From NCBI GenBank assembly GCA_040954595.2, contig CM082579.2, forward strand, positions 6,995,625 through 7,059,624: a DNA stretch of 64,000 nt, in the 5' to 3' direction. A model generated the notes under the pieces. That model was not told where the DNA came from. It ran no database searches and saw only the letters and a program-made list of their open reading frames with translations. Source of the DNA: Balanoglossus misakiensis (Eukaryota > Animalia > Hemichordata). A program made the translations under genes and the position numbers. Position 1 is the first letter of the stretch. Each line of letters starts with the position of its first letter. This document shows positions 24,801 through 49,717 of this stretch, piece after piece.

Positions 24801-25624
24801 GAATGAGACAAGATCATTAACAGAGGTGAGAACCGTGCCCTGGAGATGTATGTTCAGTATCAAGCCAATCAAAGCAATTCAGTTTATCAGTATATGGGCA
24901 CTGACACACGCAAATGCGCATGTGTGTTTAGTTGTACTTGGACTCTACATACTTACTGTACAAATTCAGAAACAGAGCTCCCTAGGTTTTGTCAGTAGAT
25001 GTATAATGATAAAAGTTTAATTTTTGTCATAGATAATTGAAGCCAAGAATTGGGCCCAGATTCGCGATGAGAAACAACTGGAAGAACTTTGTGAAAGGAT
25101 ATTCGCCAACAATGCTGACGTGGTAAGAGCCAAAAATGTATTGAATATCACAACATCCATGCAGGGTATTGCTTTGTGCAATAATGGTCGTGAAACGGTT
25201 TCAATCCCTGCTGCGCGGATTAAAACAGATATATGATACAGTGAAGCCTGGTTCAACGATAGTCAGTGACCACAATTCAACCAGTGTAGATTTGAAACTT
25301 ACTATTTTGAGCACATTTGATACTCTTTAAACAATGTAGTGTACATACTGAGAATTAAAGTTTGGTTTTACTGAATATTGAAAACTTTCATTAAATATAC
25401 AAGATGATCTAACCTCGTTTCATGTTGCAGAATTCTGAGCGACACCCCTCGTCTCTTACACTTCCTCGCATTTGTCCATTTCCCAGGTGAACGCTTATCT
25501 CCAAGGCAACAAGAGAGTGTTAAACAAACTTATGGGTCTGCTGCAGCAAGAGACGCAAGGGAGAGCCGATCCGATCATCGTCAATAAGATCTTCAAGACG
25601 AAATTGACAGAAATGAAGACGTGA
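21818..25624 (+). CDS. GATB: Mitochondrial glutamyl-tRNA(Gln) amidotransferase subunit B (PET112), 12 coding exons
   Basis: Arg-rich transit peptide [11 protein letters not shown]...; [99 protein letters not shown], and a C-terminal YqeY-like GRADP. Exons ~21818-21942, 22201-22369, 22619-22732, 22976-23174, 23278-23399, 23633-23747, 23869-23952, 24068-24303, 24418-24554, 24699-24825, 25033-25122 and 25487-25624. Confidence 0.97.
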
Positions 25625-26638
25625 TTTGTGGTGTGGGACATTTCCTCTGCTGTCCCAGAGTATTGATCAGAATAGTCCATGGGATGTTTAGTGAGCACTT
25701 GGTAAATCACACAAGTGACTAAATCTGTACATATTGAAAACATTTGTCCACGTTGGCAGGGATACAAAATGCCAATTGCGTTTAACTGGACTGTTTTCTA
25801 AAACTCTTGTATACACGCTCGTTGTCAAAAATTATGTATATATCAATATGAAGTATTAAAAACCAGTAAATCAAACATCAATGTTAGTGTATGATTATCA
25901 TTTTTTATGTGAAACCAAGGTTGATTTTGCATATATGTCTCTGTGGGAAAATGTGCAAAACCTGGCACTAAGTTTCAGCATGAGACCAGGTCTTAACCAT
26001 TGTAGTACAGGTACAAAGCACTATTGACCCAATCACTCTTGTAAGGCTGACTGCATATTTGCAATTGTTGTGCATGGCAACATTTCTTTACTGACACGGT
26101 AAAATTTACAGGATGTACTATCCTGCAGTTGTCTGTATAAACCACAGAAGTAGTAACTTCTTTGACAAATACCCATCAAAAATAAATAGCTGCCATCCCT
26201 ATTCATAGTTCCGTCCTCGCAAAATTCATCTTGCATAATTGCTAATTAAAATCTCATGATAATATTACAGGCGAGTAAAAACACATGTTTGAAAATATAT
26301 ATATATACAGTCAGAGCTAATTCAGTTAAGTTAAGGAATCTCGTCTGTGTCCTCAGCACATTATTTTCCCAAGTCGAATACATGTTCCAGATATATTGGC
26401 TGCATGGACAGCTCTGTGCATTCATGTCTTTCCTTGACAAAGCCTACAGTTGACCCTTTTCTGTCTCCTGATATGGATAAAACTGAACAATTTAAAATAC
26501 CAACTGTAGACCACATCACAGCACTGGTCTGTCTTATTTCAATGCAGAGATTCACAATACTTGCAGCAAGCAGGCAGATTAAGTCATCTGCTTAAAAAAA
26601 TAATATCTTAACATTCAGCAGTCGGAGTAGATTGGCTT

Positions 26639-37318
<10,680 letters not shown>

Positions 37319-38099
37319 CAGTCTGACTTAATTCTGCAAATTTCCACTGACAAAGTTACTGTATAACCAACACTGAAAAAAGACACAAGATATTGTATGA
37401 CAAATAGCATAGCAAACTTACAGAGCTTTTTTTGCAGGAATCAAAATGACTACCAGTTGCTCTTTACTGACTACCAACATTGCATCATGGTAGTCACGCA
37501 GACTACCAGTTCGCTGAGACATCTCAGCTGTGTTATTGATAGGCAGAAAAGCCCTGTATTCGGAATTTCCCCTTGAACATGTATGGCACAGATGGATGGT
37601 AATGAAATTTTCCAAACACAATAAATGTCAAGAGTGCCTGACTATGGTGGTACCATCACTCAAATCTGCAATACAACACAATTATACATGTACATAGAAA
37701 TGTACATGTTTACACGACTACTAAGTTCCCTACGGTTGTTCTACTAAACTATACACCAGACTTGAGTTCGACAGTACCTCACTACCTAGCTAGCAGCTGT
37801 TCAGGAGATTGAGGTTTTGCCTGAAACCTCGATCTCCTGAACTGCAGCTACATGTACTCACTGATGACTGTACTGCCACTACCGGTACACACAGAACACT
37901 ACACACAACTGTCATTCATCATGACAAAAGCCTTAAATTTACTGTTGGCACTTTACTATAGACACGAGAAAATCAAAACTCACTTGATAACGGTGGATGT
38001 ACTCTTTCCCTTGAATCGAGGTACTCACAACTTGGGAGAGCACCCGTTCTGCAACAGATTTACAATTACATTTGCACAGTGCTAGTGCTGTTTACTTCA

Positions 38100-38690
38100 T
38101 CATGAAAGTCGCCATATGAGTTAATTGATCTCGTTTAGTCTCGTTTTTTCACGTTGAGCAGTTAGGGGCAACCGGAAATACTTATTCTGGTCAATCTTAG
38201 TATACCCAGCTCTGAAGGCTTGATCGCAATAAATTTTAGGATTATTACAGTTATGCGAGCTTTTAGAGCATGATGAATAATACTGCAGATAAACATAAGC
38301 CCACTTTTAATGCATGAATAACCCACTCAACCCCACAGGAAAATGGTATGGCGTAATGTTCTATAATTTGTCTCGAGCTCCATGATTGGTCAAATGTTAT
38401 TTTCTTTCTTTTGACACATCAATTTATATGAGCTACAATACTCACATTGCCGGGGAATTGTTGTTACTTTATATGTGCTACAGAGTTCAGAGTATGGATT
38501 TATCTTTCTTTTCTTATAATACATCGAATTTTTAAGTTTTGGCCGTATGTACCTAACCAATCAGAACGATCTACATAGAAAGCCATACCCAAAGTATCGT
38601 ACATGGACACGTGATGTAATCATAAACACAACCACATGTTGTGGTAAAGGTTACTCTCGGTAGTCAGCTGAACGAGAAGATGGCGACAGT
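38100..38690. promoter_or_regulatory. Divergent promoter region between SUPT20H and the OTU-Tudor gene
   Basis: YY1-type ATGGCG motifs point outward at ~38108-38117 (minus) and ~38677-38686 (plus). CCAAT boxes at ~38385 (minus) and ~38557 (plus), and an E-box CACGTG at ~38608. Confidence 0.55.
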
Positions 38691-38851
38691 TATGGTTACT
38701 TCGTCAGAACCGCCACCAGTTTGACGTTACTTTTTAGCTTTTAGCTTGCCCCCTTTGGCTACTTTTAGCATAAGAAAATATTTAAATGTAGCGGTGTCGT
38801 ATCGACACTGACATTTTGTTTTTTAAAGGAGAACCGTTTTCTACAAAAAAT

Positions 38852-41800
38852 ATGTATAAGGGGAGGAAAGCGAGGGGCGACCCTATGGACGAATATCTCT
38901 CGGCGCTGGGACTCTTCAGGAAACCAACAGCGAAAGACGGTTCGTGCTTGTTTAGGGCAGTTTCTGAACAAGTAAGTACTTTATTGATACATGTTAAGTT
39001 TTCACGAATGCCGCAACACGTACACAGGGCAGAATGCATGGTTCTTGCAAATTTCCTCCCACGTCGACTTCTCAAGTACACGTGAGCCGGCCCAGAACAG
39101 GTGTCTTCTCTTACCTTGTTACCTGTACAATGTACATAGTTTTCACAAAATGTCAATGTCCCATTTCTTTTACCTTGACAGGTATATAAATGTCAAGCCT
39201 TGCACCTCGAAGTTCGAAGTGCCTGCATACGATATATGGAAAGACACAGGGAACGGTTCGAACCAGTAAGTTGTTTACGATCTACTTTTGTAAATTTGTA
39301 GGGTCAATTTTTACATGTATGTAGTACTAGTAACGAAGGCCGGCGACCGATTCCAAAATGTCATTCGCAACAGTGACTGTGTGCATAAAGCTGTACGTAG
39401 TAAACTAACCTTTTTCTCGTTTTCTTCATTGTGCAGTTTGTGGAAGGGCCATTTGATCACCACCTCTTTTCACTTCGAAACCCAAAGGTAACCCAACATG
39501 TTCATTTCTATTCGTGTATTTAATGAGACATTTGTACAAAAGAGCACAAATGATGACATCTGGAATCATATGTAATATGCAAATATGCACATACCAGGTG
39601 CCATCCTATAAGTAATTCTTCCCACCTGGTTTGGCTGGAAATTTGTATTACCAGCTGTCGTTCAGTTTGTAATTCTAGGCATTTTCTCAAATGTCATGTT
39701 TTTCACCTAGGAATGGGCTGGTCAAGTTGAAATAAGTGCCATGTCAGTGATGTTCAAGTAAGGAAAGCAGTCATATCCAACCGTGAAATTAAATAATTTA
39801 TCTCTTCTGATGCCTATTGGGCGATTTGTAACAATTGGATAAGTCTGTCCAGATTGATCAATAGATTCAAACACTTCATTTGGAGACAATTCCATGCTGA
39901 CTTGAATCAGGAAGTTGTGTGTATGTCATACTGTCATATTTGTTTTTTTCCGCAGGAGAGATTTCGAAGTTTATCAAGAAGTGGGAAAACCCCCTGACAA
40001 AGTAACACAAAATGGTTTTAATGAAATGGTGAGTAACCTATGCTCAACAAAATTGTCACAGAACATGCGTGGGCTACACCTGGGGTAAGAGAATATTATT
40101 CCAGTAAACTGCATTTAACGTACACAGTAATATGCAAAGCAATACATGCTTCTCATGTTTTAAATAACTGTGCTTTATCTTTTTTTTACAGATTTTACTG
40201 TGTTTTTCTGGTGGTAGTCATTATGATAGTGTGTTTCCCAAGTCATATCAGGAAGTTGCAGCAGTATGCCAATGTAAGTTAATTGCCCCATACATTCCAT
40301 TAGCTGTTAAGAATGGTATGCAGCATGTTTAAGTTGGTGCAAACTAATTGCATTTATGCAAATCAAAATTTAAGAATTCTCTTTTGCCAGGCCCCATAGA
40401 CAAACCATACAAAAAATACAACTTTGCAAAACATAAGCACATCTTAATCTGTGACCATCAAAACTGATTATCTTTGCAGCAATTATTTATGGTATTCTTT
40501 ACATCAACGTATTTGACATGGAGAAAGAAGTGCATGAGGCCATAGATTTATTGAGATCCAAGTCAAAGAGGAAACAGAGTGAGAGCAGTAGTGATAGCGG
40601 AGAAATCAAACATGACAGGTGAGACACACGTTATAGGGAAGGGGTTGTAGCTCCATGTGGGTGTCCCCCTTGATGAGAATATACAGTCTAGTCACACCCT
40701 TGTTAGTGGCTACCTCTAGTACACTCTGCATGACATTTTAAAAACTATATCACCTTACTTGTGAATTTTCAAATGTTCACCATCTTTACCAGTTTGAATG
40801 TTCCTCTTTTTTCTTTTGCTGTCTTCCCTTGAGTGGTGTTAGTGAATTGGAGACGTCTACGGAATCTGAGAAAAGTAAAGAGGGAGAAAACAAGGTAAGA
40901 AAAATTTCCAGGACAGAAGAAAAATCCACAGCTGTTCTGAGGTGTTCAGGGTGGTTGTAGGCGAAGAAAGATGCATGATGCAGTAACTGGCTATGGCCTG
41001 GGTACTGCTATTCCCAGAGTGAAGGTGTAAATTGTGAATTTATTCGCTTTGTCTTCTAGGAGAATGAGGCTGAAATCAAGAGGTACGAGTCTTCACAGAG
41101 AAAACCAGCATTTCCTTACAAGGTAGCCAAAGCTTTAGATCCCGAGATATACAGGAATGTAGAACTGGATATATGGATGGATGCTAGGAGAGGTAAGATT
41201 TTGTGGTGGTGGTGTCAAGGACAGTTTACTGTTCTGTCCTTTCCATGATACAGCTGTCGACTTGTCAATTTAGCCACTGTTAACCTGCTGGCCAATTGAC
41301 CATTTTACTCAACAGATAAAATAGGTTACTAGCGATAACAATACACAATACATAGTGCATAAAACCAATCTCAAACTGGGTATTTAAATAATTATTGTGT
41401 AGAAACGACAGTTTGATACACACACAGAACTAATACCATTGACATTTGTTGACTCCTTTGCATTTTCAGAGCAACAGAGACATGACTTCCACTATGCTGC
41501 CAACTTACAATTTGCCCCAGGTGATAAATGTCTGGTATGTAACGACCATCTCTACTTTTTATCCGGATTTTACTTCAAGTTTAGGATCAGAAATTGAGTT
41601 ACTTCTGCCGGTGTCTGTAATGTTTCCTGTGGAAGAACTTTGAACAAACACACAGTCTATTAGTTTTGTGTGAAATATTGACCAAGTTGTCCAACATTGT
41701 ATAGCGGATTTAAGAAAAATTTCTCCATCCAAACCATTTAATTCTTTGTCTTGTTTTTATAATAGTCCCTGCTCAACCATTTTGATTTTTAAATTTGAGA

Positions 41801-44800
41801 AAATTTTACTGTTTAAAAGTTTTGCATTGTGACCTGCCCCCAAATTTTATTGTCAATTTTAAAAAAATAACCTGAAGTTGCCTTGAGCAAAATATGAGAA
41901 AAGGTTTAAGATTTTGATTCATGAGGCACATGCTACCTTGACTATGGACTTTCAATCATTTTGTCCGACATATACACTGGTAAATATAACAGACTGATGT
42001 ACTTGTTCATACCAGGTTCACTTGAATGATGATACAAGGTACTTCAGTGCTCATATTCAAGAAGTACATTCACAGCAAGGTCCAGTGACTGTCTTCATTG
42101 AAGATTTGGGAGAAAAGTGAGTAAAGTGATGAATTTTCGTATGATCAGAAGAGACATTCTTACGGTACATGTAGACCCTTGTGCTGTATAGTGTACTAGG
42201 ACGTTAATGGCGTACCATCTCATCTCTCCATAAGGCACACACTTCCCATCAGGAATTTGAAGCCATTGATGCATTATGGGCAGTACCCTTCACCATCTCA
42301 GCAATGGATAAGTCTTGGAGGAGGAGGCGGCAAAGGTTACAAATCACTGACTGGATACTATCAGAAACATGTCAATGGCTATATTCCAGATATGAATGGT
42401 AAGAGTTGTCTCAAAAATTGTTGGCATTTTTTAAAACATTTATTGGATTATTTCCCCGGAGGATGAAATTCTGGCTTTTATGCTCTTGGTGTCCCATATA
42501 AATTCAATTGTAATGACCAAAAAAGTGAAGTTTGATGGAATTACGTTAGTGTAATTGTAATTTTTTGAAATTATTTTGGTAAAACAGATCCTAAAAACAA
42601 GAGAAGACTCAACAACAAGAGAGGGAAATACCCCGGTGCACCTGGGGCAATACTCCATGGACCAAATGCATTTATAACACCATTCCAACACCCAGTGACA
42701 ATGCCGTATGAACAGCAACATGCGATGGCCCATACACCAATGCAACAGCAACCACCCCCGCAGCAACACAATGCCTCACAACAACAGTTTGGAGAAAGAT
42801 CAGCCAGGCCACCTCAAAGGTTTTCATCGCCATCCAAGTGTGTTGACTTCACTGCGTATTTAACTTTTAAAAAATAAATTTATATTCACTTTTTTTCTCT
42901 AACATTCAAAACAATGCACTAAGTTTGTATGTGTAATGTGTTAGCAGTATTGAAACACTTTCTGTGAAAAATTGTCAATTTTCATCTGTTCGGGATAGGG
43001 GTAGTGTCAGTGTTGAAACTACATGTAACATTGGATATTGGTTGTGAATGTTCGAGTGATATCATGCAAAATATGCAGTTCATTTCTCACTATAACAGTG
43101 AAACTTCCGTACATTAGAGTATTCATTTCTCACTATAACTCTTTCACTTTTCCCAAACCACACAGGACTGCTCCACGTTTTAATAGAATGAATCAAGAGA
43201 ATATGGCAGACATTGGAGGTCAGGGATCTTTAAACCGAAATAAACCTGTACCAGAGTACCAGCAACAGCTCTCCAGACAACCATGGTCTGACAGGCAAGT
43301 TACAAAAAAAAACTTTGACACCCAGCTTTGTCGACTTCTCTTCAGGCAAAATCTTGTGATTATTAATGCAACTCTTGGCCAATCTGTCTTTCCCCCCAGA
43401 CCACCTCCTTCTGGTAGAGGTAGAGGTAGATACTCTGGACGAGGGTCTCCAAAAGCTTATTTTGGTCATACACCGGAAGAAAGAGAAGAACGGAAAGCTA
43501 TTGAGGAATCTGTAGCTTTGTATGAACTTCAGAAGAGAGACACGACTGCATTCCCTGCCCTGCCAGTAAGTTCAGAAAACTGTTTACTTCATTCACAAAA
43601 GTTTCTGTAGCAATGTAAGGTGCCATTAATGGGTATACATGTACACTTGTTTATTGGCCATACAGTAATATAGTAACAGTACACAGCTGTCTATCTCAGA
43701 CGATTTCTGGATAACTACACCTCGCATATCTCTAGGATTAAAATTTTCACTTTACATCTTGTGAACTGACAGTTCAGATTTTCAGTATCTGTAAAATAAA
43801 AAGATAAACCGAAATTCTTTGTTACAGGTGTCTCAGCAGTCACCTGCTCCTAGTGGACCAATGTCTTTCTGGGGGAAATACAAGAAAGACAACCGAAGGA
43901 GTCCCACCCCACCCATAAATACACCGTCGGGCGGTCACCATATTGAAGAACAAAGCCAAGCTTTCATCCAAGGTAAGCATGGGAAGTATGGAAGGACCAC
44001 TTTCACAGATAATAATGGTTTGAGTATAACACCAGCAAGTGTGGTATCTTTCATTAAAAAGTCTGAGTAATGTATTGTTCTTGACATCAAATTTGGTAAA
44101 ATCAATTTACGTTTACTTTTGCCTGCTGCATACAGACGGTGATCTGAGTGAGCAAATGCAAGATCTGGGGTTTGTGGAAGAGGGTTTTCCAGTGGATGAT
44201 GGGTTTGAGTCGCCACACGTCAGGAAGGTAAGAAATTGTCTCAAAATGCCTTATCTGCACAGTGATCCATTATTCCAAGAGCACATCAAAGTTGCCATTG
44301 TTTGACGTGAAACATTCTTTATGTTCTAGTGCAAATATATTTTGGATGCAAATATGTGATTAAATGTACTGATGAAGGCAGTACCTTTAGTATTAGGTTA
44401 CAGGACATGGTGACCTGAAAACTACTGAAGTGATTTGCTCATCTCTGATTGTTAATAAAACATGCTTTTGTTTTTCTGCAGATGATGTCATCGCCACATG
44501 ACCAATTCGTACAGAGACCATTTGATGATCAGCCGCAGCAGTTTCAAGCCCCAAATCGACAGATGCATGCATCCCAACAGCAGCAGCAGCAACAGCAACC
44601 ACCACCACTACCCCCACAGCAGCAACAACAACTCCACCTGCAGCAGCAGTCGCCCTACTCTAGCAGTCCAACATCTGTTGGTAGTATGACTCGGATGTCG
44701 GCCAGTCCTGTCCCCCCAGCACCAGTCATGGTGGCCAACAACTACATACCTTTCGGCATGCCTATGTATCCAATGTTTATACCGTTCACTGAAAATCTGA

Positions 44801-46455
44801 CGGGCCCAGTGAATTATGCAAGCAGTCCTTCAAGAGATATATATGGAAGTGATCTACCCCATTCAGGTTAGTCTCTGGTTCTATTAATGTGACTTACTGC
44901 TGCTTGTTATACAGCCACCTGTGTGAACATAGACATGCACTACAGACTGAATGTGATTTCTCCGCAATATATATTGAGAATTTCTGTTCATGTTTAGAGA
45001 AACATTTGAGAACATGACAGTTCCAATGCCATTTTCATGAAACTTTGCTTCAGCTTTTGGGAAAGAATTACTCAGCTAGTGTCAGTGTATACTTTAAGGT
45101 AACATGAATACTAGTATTTCTAACCAGAAGTGAACAATGTTTCCTGTATTACAGATGTCAATACAATGAGATTTTTCTTCAACATTGGTGTTGAGGTAAG
45201 GCCTGTCTTTATTTATACTTTGATCACCTCAAACAAAAAGAATACTTATTCTGTATCATCCTGCATGAAACTGGACATGAAAACATAAGTGCAAGATAGA
45301 TAATGGAGAGTTTGACCTAACTATTATTTTTCCTGTACGTTTCAGTATTACCATAGATACATGTCCTTAGTTCAAATGCAGCAGCAGGCACAGCAAGATG
45401 CCATTGTGTACAACTTGCCCATGGGACCACCCCAGCCACCACCTCCTCAAGCACAACCCCAGACTGTGATTGTTTCCCAGTCCCAGGGAAGTCCAGGTGG
45501 CACCGAGGTAACCTACGGTATGTACAGCCCCGATGAGCATTATGTTTCCGATGGTGCATCCTCGCAAGACGAAAGCGATGAGCACTTTGATCATCGGGAG
45601 TTGGATGGCCGGTCAGTGAGCCATCCGATACCGTACAGCTCTGCAGATTTTGTAGATCCGAGTATTATCCACCAGGTGCCAGCTCACCCAAGCAGTACAT
45701 TCCAAAATCTCATCTCTGAGAAACTAAGAGTTGATACCAGTTCGTTGGGGTTTAGCCAACAGCCAAACCTGCCGCAGGATATATCCAGTATGGTAAATGA
45801 CCCCCCGTCACCACTCCTAAACACGGGCAAAGGTTATTCCGAGCCCACCCAACAGAATAAGGAAGGTTTCAAACAGAGAAGGTATTCAGGGGGTTCGAGC
45901 AGGTACAAGTCCCCTCCCCGATTCAGAAATATGCGCAATGCCCAGGCACAGTCCCAGCAAAGTCAAAGCGAAAGTGTCCCAATTCCTTCCCAGCAGCGGC
46001 AGTACTCTGCGTCCAGCGCTTTGCACGGTACAAGCCAGTCTGTCCCGTCCAATCTCAACGCTCCTCTTCATTCCTACGGATCCTCCCCACAAGGCATGAG
46101 CATTCCACTGCACACTCACAACATTCCACCCCGGCTTATGCACTCCACCGCCGCCGCTAACCCTTTGCAATCCTCGCCCTCCCACACAGGCCCAGGCATG
46201 CCCTACTATGCAGACGCAAGCAGCAGCACCAATAGCCAGTCCAGCGTACCCGCTACCAGCTCCTTCAACAACCCATCTTCCAGTCAAGCATGCACCACCA
46301 CCACCACCGCCGACCACTTCATGCCGCCAGCTGTCTCATATGATAACGCAGCCCCAGCTAACTATCGGCTCCCTCCGCAAGTTCATCAGAATGCCGGTCC
46401 ATGGCAGCAAGCCAGTAACAGCAGTGCCTACATGTATCCAGCCAGTCCTCCATAA
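38852..46455 (+). CDS. OTUD4: OTU-domain plus Tudor-domain deubiquitinase, OTUD4/ALG13/Drosophila Otu family; about 20 exons
   Basis: [29 protein letters not shown] (catalytic Cys), [33 protein letters not shown] (catalytic His), [22 protein letters not shown], a Tudor domain (FAPGDKCLV...SAHIQEV...[12 protein letters not shown]), the conserved MRFFFNIGV motif and a Q/P/S-rich tail. The symbol is family-level: this is probably co-orthologous to OTUD4 and ALG13. Confidence 0.9.
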
Positions 46456-49230
46456 AACCTTTATACTAAAACCTGTCTGAACCAAACGCTGTCTAATCTA
46501 CAAACCTGTCTATACCCAACTCCTTTTCTAATTCCCTTCACATAAAGACCTCCCAAAAAATCTGTATGAACCAGATACCTTTGGACAGTGTGGGCAGGTT
46601 TTTACTGAATACAATTTTTCATGTACGTTTCAATATGCAAGATCCAACAGCTTACGTAGGGTAGCCTCTATAACTTGAGATTTAGTATAACTTAGCATAC
46701 TTAGTACAAGTACTTACGAAGTTATTATTAAAACACTGGACATTTCTGTAGTGCTTTCCAATATGACTTTTGTCAGTGATGCAAATGGGGCAATGCATTG
46801 ATTTCAAACTTTTTGCTCAAAAATCTTTTTAGCATGATTATAAATGCTTTATAATGTCAAAAGTGTTTAGTCCGTTTAATCTGAGTGTGGGATGCTTGAG
46901 ACATAGGATTAAAAGTGATATAGTGTTTAATAAGTAACTTGGAGTATTTGTTTAAATCTTAGAGACAAGGCTATATCATGCAGTTTTAGAAGGAAAAAAA
47001 AAACATCTTTTTGAACATTTTTAGAATTTTTAAAACGCATGTAAGCTGTATCATTCTCGCACCATTTCTTGAGGTTCTATGAAGACAATTCTGAAACTGC
47101 TGGAAAGTTTGGATACCAATATCATTCTCTGTGGCATTTATTTGCATCACAAAGGCTTTACCAACCTCCAAAAATAAGGAATTTTAAAACATTTTTAGGA
47201 GTGAAGTTTTTTAAAGAAAAATTAGCTTTCCCAGAGTTGTGATTGTGATTCGCCAGCAGGGTGCGCACTCCTGCAAGAAAACGAGCCTCTTTTTGTCTCA
47301 AAGGACCAAAGCTAATTTGTTCACGAAAATTAAGAACAAAATTTGCCTCCTAACATTATATCCAGAACCTATGTTCAGATGTGTATAAATACACAATATT
47401 CAGCTTCATTTATTTCTTGTTTATACTGGCCAGAAGTATTGGCTGTGGGAGAAGCATGTAGTTTCCCCATGCATGTTAAAGTATATACTGTTATTTCTGT
47501 AATGTTTTAATAGTGGTAGCGACACTGAAGAAAACGGCAAAGTTGACTGTTTCATCACACCTGCACACTACAGAACTTTCTATGTATTCTAGCTGGATGC
47601 TTTTGATATACAAGACACTGATGCTTAATTCTTTTGAGAATCAATATTCCAAAAACTAAACTTTATGTATGTAAACAAGTGTGTTTCTAAGTGATATAAA
47701 AATTGTTTTGAGTGAAAGCAGGGTTAAAACCACAGGTTTGTAATTTTTGTGTGTATTTTTTTCTAAGGGTTTATTTGTGCCAAGAAATCAAATAACTCAA
47801 ATAGAGCCATGTTTTATTTAGTACTGTAATTTTTTTGTGCGTGTGTGCACTGTAAAATAACGGTGGGAAACAAAGATGAAACCTTTATTTTTGATAATAC
47901 AGATATTGTTTGTATTATTGCCTTTTCATTTATACATACGTGTGATAATGTGGATTTTTTTCCCATACGAAATTATATACTGCTAGACAGTGTTGCAGTG
48001 TACCAAACTTGGCAATAATTAGATTTCTTCCTTTAGTTAATAACAAAGCGAGTTCACTTGTAGTAATTTAACAGAAATGTAAAGATTTGGCTACCATTGA
48101 AGATGTATTAGTTTCACTAGGCCTGGCTTAAAAGGACATTGAATGCTGATGAAAAGTTTTACTTTCATGCCTAATTTTCACATGTAAAGTTGTTTTCTTC
48201 TTGCCTAAGAGGGCGCACTTTTCCTTGAACTGCACTTGTGAAGTTGTGAGGAAAGAAATCCATTGTCTCTGCACTGAGACACTTGGTCTTTTCAATGTTG
48301 ATGCAAGTCCGCACTTTGACATTATGCTGATTTCTGACAGTAGTAAGAGTAAAATGTGATTTTAACAGGCTTACTGGGACAGTCCCTTTAAAGGTACAAT
48401 ATAAAGAAAATTGGCCTCCACCTTACTTTCAGCATACGTTTTGATCTGTGATTTCAAATGTACAAATTGAAATTTTGATTTCACGTTTTTCAAATTTATA
48501 AATAGCAATTTTGATTCACTATGCAGCCTGCATATATTCAGAAGGAATTTATTCTGGGGTAGCCATTACTGTTAAAAAAATATAACAATCTTTTTTGTTT
48601 GAAATGCTGCGTTTCTGTGTTTGTAATTTAACTTTCAAAATGTGAGATTGAAAACACTTTTTTGCAGATGAATCTTGTGTAATTTATTGTGCATAACAAT
48701 ATGCATGTAGAAGGTGATTACATTTATATCTAGATATTGTGTATATTAGTTTATTTCTAAGACAATTGTTTAAGATGCATTTCCTAAGAAAATGATAGAT
48801 ATTAATTTGTGTAATATTTTAGATGCTCAGTAACATTTCGGAATTTTCACATTTTTAGCTTTTGTTTTCAATATGTCAAAAACGCACTGGGCAGTTGTGG
48901 TTTAAGAGTTGCCCCTGTGACAGATAGTGTAGTAGACGCTCTTGACTTGCATATCAAGTTCTCATTGTAATTCCGGAATGACTATGGGCCAAGCTAAAGA
49001 AACTCTCATCAAGAGTAGAAATGTCAGAGCAGAAGTCTCTGCAGGGGTTGTTGTGTAAACTAAAAAAATCTTTTTGTTTGTTTGTTCCTCTGCTGAAGAT
49101 TATCCTTACAGAAAAGTTTCTGCATTGTAAGTTTAAATTTCACAACTGTCTGTCCATTCTTTATTGTATTGACAATAATTGACAACCATTCAGGTGCTAT
49201 ATTGTATTCAATAAACATCTCTCAAGAAAG
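46456..49230 (+). other. Probable long AU-rich 3' UTR of the OTU-Tudor gene
   Basis: About 2.75 kb of T/A-rich sequence without credible exons, with an AATAAA at ~49210 shortly before the next gene's CpG-richer upstream region. Confidence 0.45.
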
Positions 49231-49717
49231 ACAGAAAACACCCTAGCCTAGTCTTGATGCGCGCGGCAAAAGTTATGATAAACTGAAGACTATAATTTTC
49301 TTTGCAAGACTCCGATTTAAAAACAAAAAATGCGAGTCACAGTAGTCCTCAAGTGAGAAATCAGTGGAAACTGTTTTCCTGACTTTTACTTCTCCATCAA
49401 AATAATGAGAGATCATTAGAATAAATTGCGCCTAGTATCAACAGGTGGGTTCCGCTTGTGCGGCAGAAGCACCCGGCATACATGAGCGTGAAGACCGTTT
49501 GATTGAGGCCTGCAAAAACAGAGAGCCGTGAAGATTTTTTGTCTCAAAATGTCTAGAGTGCGAGAGTTTTGACTCGTGTAGGTCTAACATTCCAGATTTT
49601 GTCGAGCGAGCTTGACCATACCGCGCGTAGCAATAACCAATACAAATTCGCCCAGAGACTATAGTGAGTGTCGTTTGGTAAGTAGACTGGCCACTTGGGA
49701 GTAACCACGATTCATCG

